Origin: Candidatus Woesearchaeota archaeon
GTDB lineage: Archaea; Nanobdellota; Nanobdellia; Nanobdellales; CAZNIQ01
Direction: 5' to 3'
NCBI GenBank assembly: GCA_964573185.1
Contig: CAZNIQ010000030.1
Span: 1-5,989, forward strand
Length of the DNA: 5,989 nucleotides
Within the stretch, counting starts at the first letter, position 1. Each line of letters opens with the position of its first letter. The translations under genes were made by a program, and so were the position numbers. The notes under the pieces were generated by a model. That model was not told where the DNA came from. It saw only the letters and a list, made by a program, of their open reading frames with translations, and ran no database searches. Positions 5,278-5,989 of the stretch are shown here, piece by piece.

Positions 5278-5323
5278 CCGACCGGGGTTCATCGTACCCC
5301 TTTCAGGATCTCGCCCTGGGAAC
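5273..5323 (-). ncRNA. Unclassified GC-rich structured island, a candidate small RNA. Strand is tentative and the element is not a recognisable tRNA or canonical C/D sRNA.
   Basis: The 51 nt contain 32 G+C (63%), against about 30% in the surroundings. There are two hairpins. Hairpin 1 is GGGGT (5284-5288) paired with ACCCC (5296-5300) around a 7-nt loop. Hairpin 2 is CAGG (5304-5307) paired with CCTG (5315-5318) around a 7-nt loop. The flanks GTT (5274-5276) and AAC (5321-5323) can close a three-way junction. A copy of the AACCTTAAAA promoter-like motif is centred about 26 nt upstream of the minus-strand 5' edge (G at 5323). GC islands mark RNA genes in AT-rich thermophile genomes. Confidence 0.4.
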
Positions 5324-5331
5324 AAAACATT

Positions 5332-5339
5332 AATTTATC
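5332..5339 (+). promoter_or_regulatory. TATA-like box AATTTATC about 25 nt upstream of ATG 5360
   Basis: The spacing is consistent with a leaderless mRNA for the plus-strand ORF. The match is weak and the context is AT-rich. Confidence 0.3.
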
Positions 5340-5344
5340 TTAAA

Positions 5345-5356
5345 CTTTTAAGGTTT
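5345..5356 (-). promoter_or_regulatory. Promoter-like element AAACCTTAAAAG (minus strand), copy 2, about 26 nt upstream of the GC-rich island
   Basis: It shares an exact 10-nt core (plus strand ttttaaggtt, 5346-5355) with copy 1 (5267-5276). The distance to the island edge at 5323 equals the distance from copy 1 to the rps15 ATG. Confidence 0.35.
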
Positions 5357-5359
5357 TTA

Positions 5360-5989
5360 ATGAAAATAATAATTAATCCTTTAAGGGATTTTGAAGCTGC
5401 TGTGATCTTAAGAGCACTGTATTATGCAACAGGATTAGAAAATGTAGAAATTTATGTAACTAAAGTAAAAAATATTTTATCTTTTGCAAGATACTCAAGA
5501 GTTCCTGTATATGTGATTAAAAATAAAGTTAAATTTGAAAAACCCAAAATAAAAGGTATAATTTTAGATCCATATGCTGATAAAGAATTAGATTTCATAC
5601 CAGAAATACTAATAATAGATTTCATAGGAGAATATTCGGGAAAAAGATACAAAGTGTTAGGAACGTCCCTACTACATTATGAAGCTATAGCTTTTATCTA
5701 TAAGTTCTTTTTAAGAAAAAGAGAAATTCAAATTGATATTGAAAATGAAATAAATAGAGATTTAATTTATTTTGCTAGAAAGCTTTTGGAAGGGATAAGG
5801 GATATCGATAATTACCCTTATATATCACCGAGATTGATAATTTTTGCTTTAAGACATATTGAAAAGAAGTATAATATATTGGTAGATTATAGAAAAGTTA
5901 ACTTAAAGATAGATAATGAAAATGGAGAAATTATAATGGAAATTTTGATAGATTTCTTTGACAGAAAGCTGAATAAAGTGAAGGAAGAT
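5360..5989 (+). CDS. Hypothetical protein, 3'-partial (210 codons open to the window edge), absent from the supplied ORF track
   Basis: I translated frame 2 by hand from ATG 5360 and found no stop through 5989. The sequence is MKIIINPLRDFEAAVILRALYYATGLENVEIYVTKVKNILSFARYSRVPVYVIKNKVKFEKPKIKGIILDPYADKELDFIPEILIIDFIGEYSGKRYKVLGTSLLHYEAIAFIYKFFLRKREIQIDIENEINRDLIYFARKLLEGIRDIDNYPYISPRLIIFALRHIEKKYNILVDYRKVNLKIDNENGEIIMEILIDFFDRKLNKVKED. A 630-nt open frame in about 30% GC DNA is very unlikely by chance. I recognise no family. Confidence 0.8.
   Translation, partial: MKIIINPLRDFEAAVILRALYYATGLENVEIYVTKVKNILSFARYSRVPVYVIKNKVKFEKPKIKGIILDPYADKELDFIPEILIIDFIGEYSGKRYKVLGTSLLHYEAIAFIYKFFLRKREIQIDIENEINRDLIYFARKLLEGIRDIDNYPYISPRLIIFALRHIEKKYNILVDYRKVNLKIDNENGEIIMEILIDFFDRKLNKVKED

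Noticed and set aside
5273-5323. The GC-rich island read as a tRNA, a split-tRNA half (Nanoarchaeum-style) or a tRNA pseudogene. The plus-strand hairpin loop AUCUCGC looks like an anticodon loop (U33, CUC, G37). On the minus strand, hairpin + GGUCGGC + A resembles T-arm + acceptor 3' strand + discriminator.
   Set aside because: The two tRNA-like readings require opposite strands. The putative T-loop (ACGAUGA, or UCAUCGU on the other strand) lacks the invariant UUC-R-A. There is no D-arm with GG and no U8. The variable region would be only 2-3 nt. No consistent cloverleaf or half-molecule can be drawn.
5273-5330. The GC-rich island read as a second canonical box C/D sRNA, with minus-strand CUGA and ACGAUGA.
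   Set aside because: Only an internal D'-like and C'-like pair is present. No terminal RUGAUGA lies 12 nt upstream, and no CUGA lies 12 nt downstream (the sequence there is AACC). At most this is a K-loop-like motif.
5452-5652. A 66-aa minus-strand ORF.
   Set aside because: It is antisense to the 210-codon plus-strand frame that is open from 5360 to the window end.
1-5989. A search for CRISPR repeats, transposase or integrase genes, and rRNA or tRNA genes.
   Set aside because: I saw no regularly spaced direct repeats, no recombinase-like ORFs, and no GC-rich block other than 5273-5323 and the C/D sRNA guides.

Overview
AT-rich (about 30% GC by eye), gene-dense archaeal chromosomal segment encoding Lys/Glu/Ile-rich, thermophile-style proteins. 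The content is mostly housekeeping. Left to right: (1) the 3' part of an intein-interrupted rtcB, with the intein C-terminal junction ...VVVHN|C visible at 152-157; (2) an archaeal-type tyrosyl-tRNA synthetase whose conserved N-terminus, including the HIGH-motif region, lies upstream of any canonical in-frame start codon; (3) a stand-alone Trbp111/MetRS-beta-like tRNA-binding protein; (4) two small uncharacterised minus-strand ORFs of 87 and 103 aa; (5) a textbook box C/D sRNA on the plus strand in the 82-nt spacer at 3336-3417; (6) a RecJ/GAN-like DHH phosphoesterase; (7) ribosomal protein uS15, which lacks the conserved N-terminal basic tail; (8) a 51-nt, 63% GC island with two hairpins in the divergent spacer, flanked by two copies of a promoter-like 10-mer, a candidate unclassified small RNA; (9) a 210-codon plus-strand ORF running off the right edge, absent from the supplied ORF track. 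No CRISPR array, transposase, rRNA or bona fide tRNA was seen. The most unusual items are the GC-rich island, the C/D sRNA, the tyrS start anomaly and the truncated uS15. Organism identity cannot be fixed from this window.
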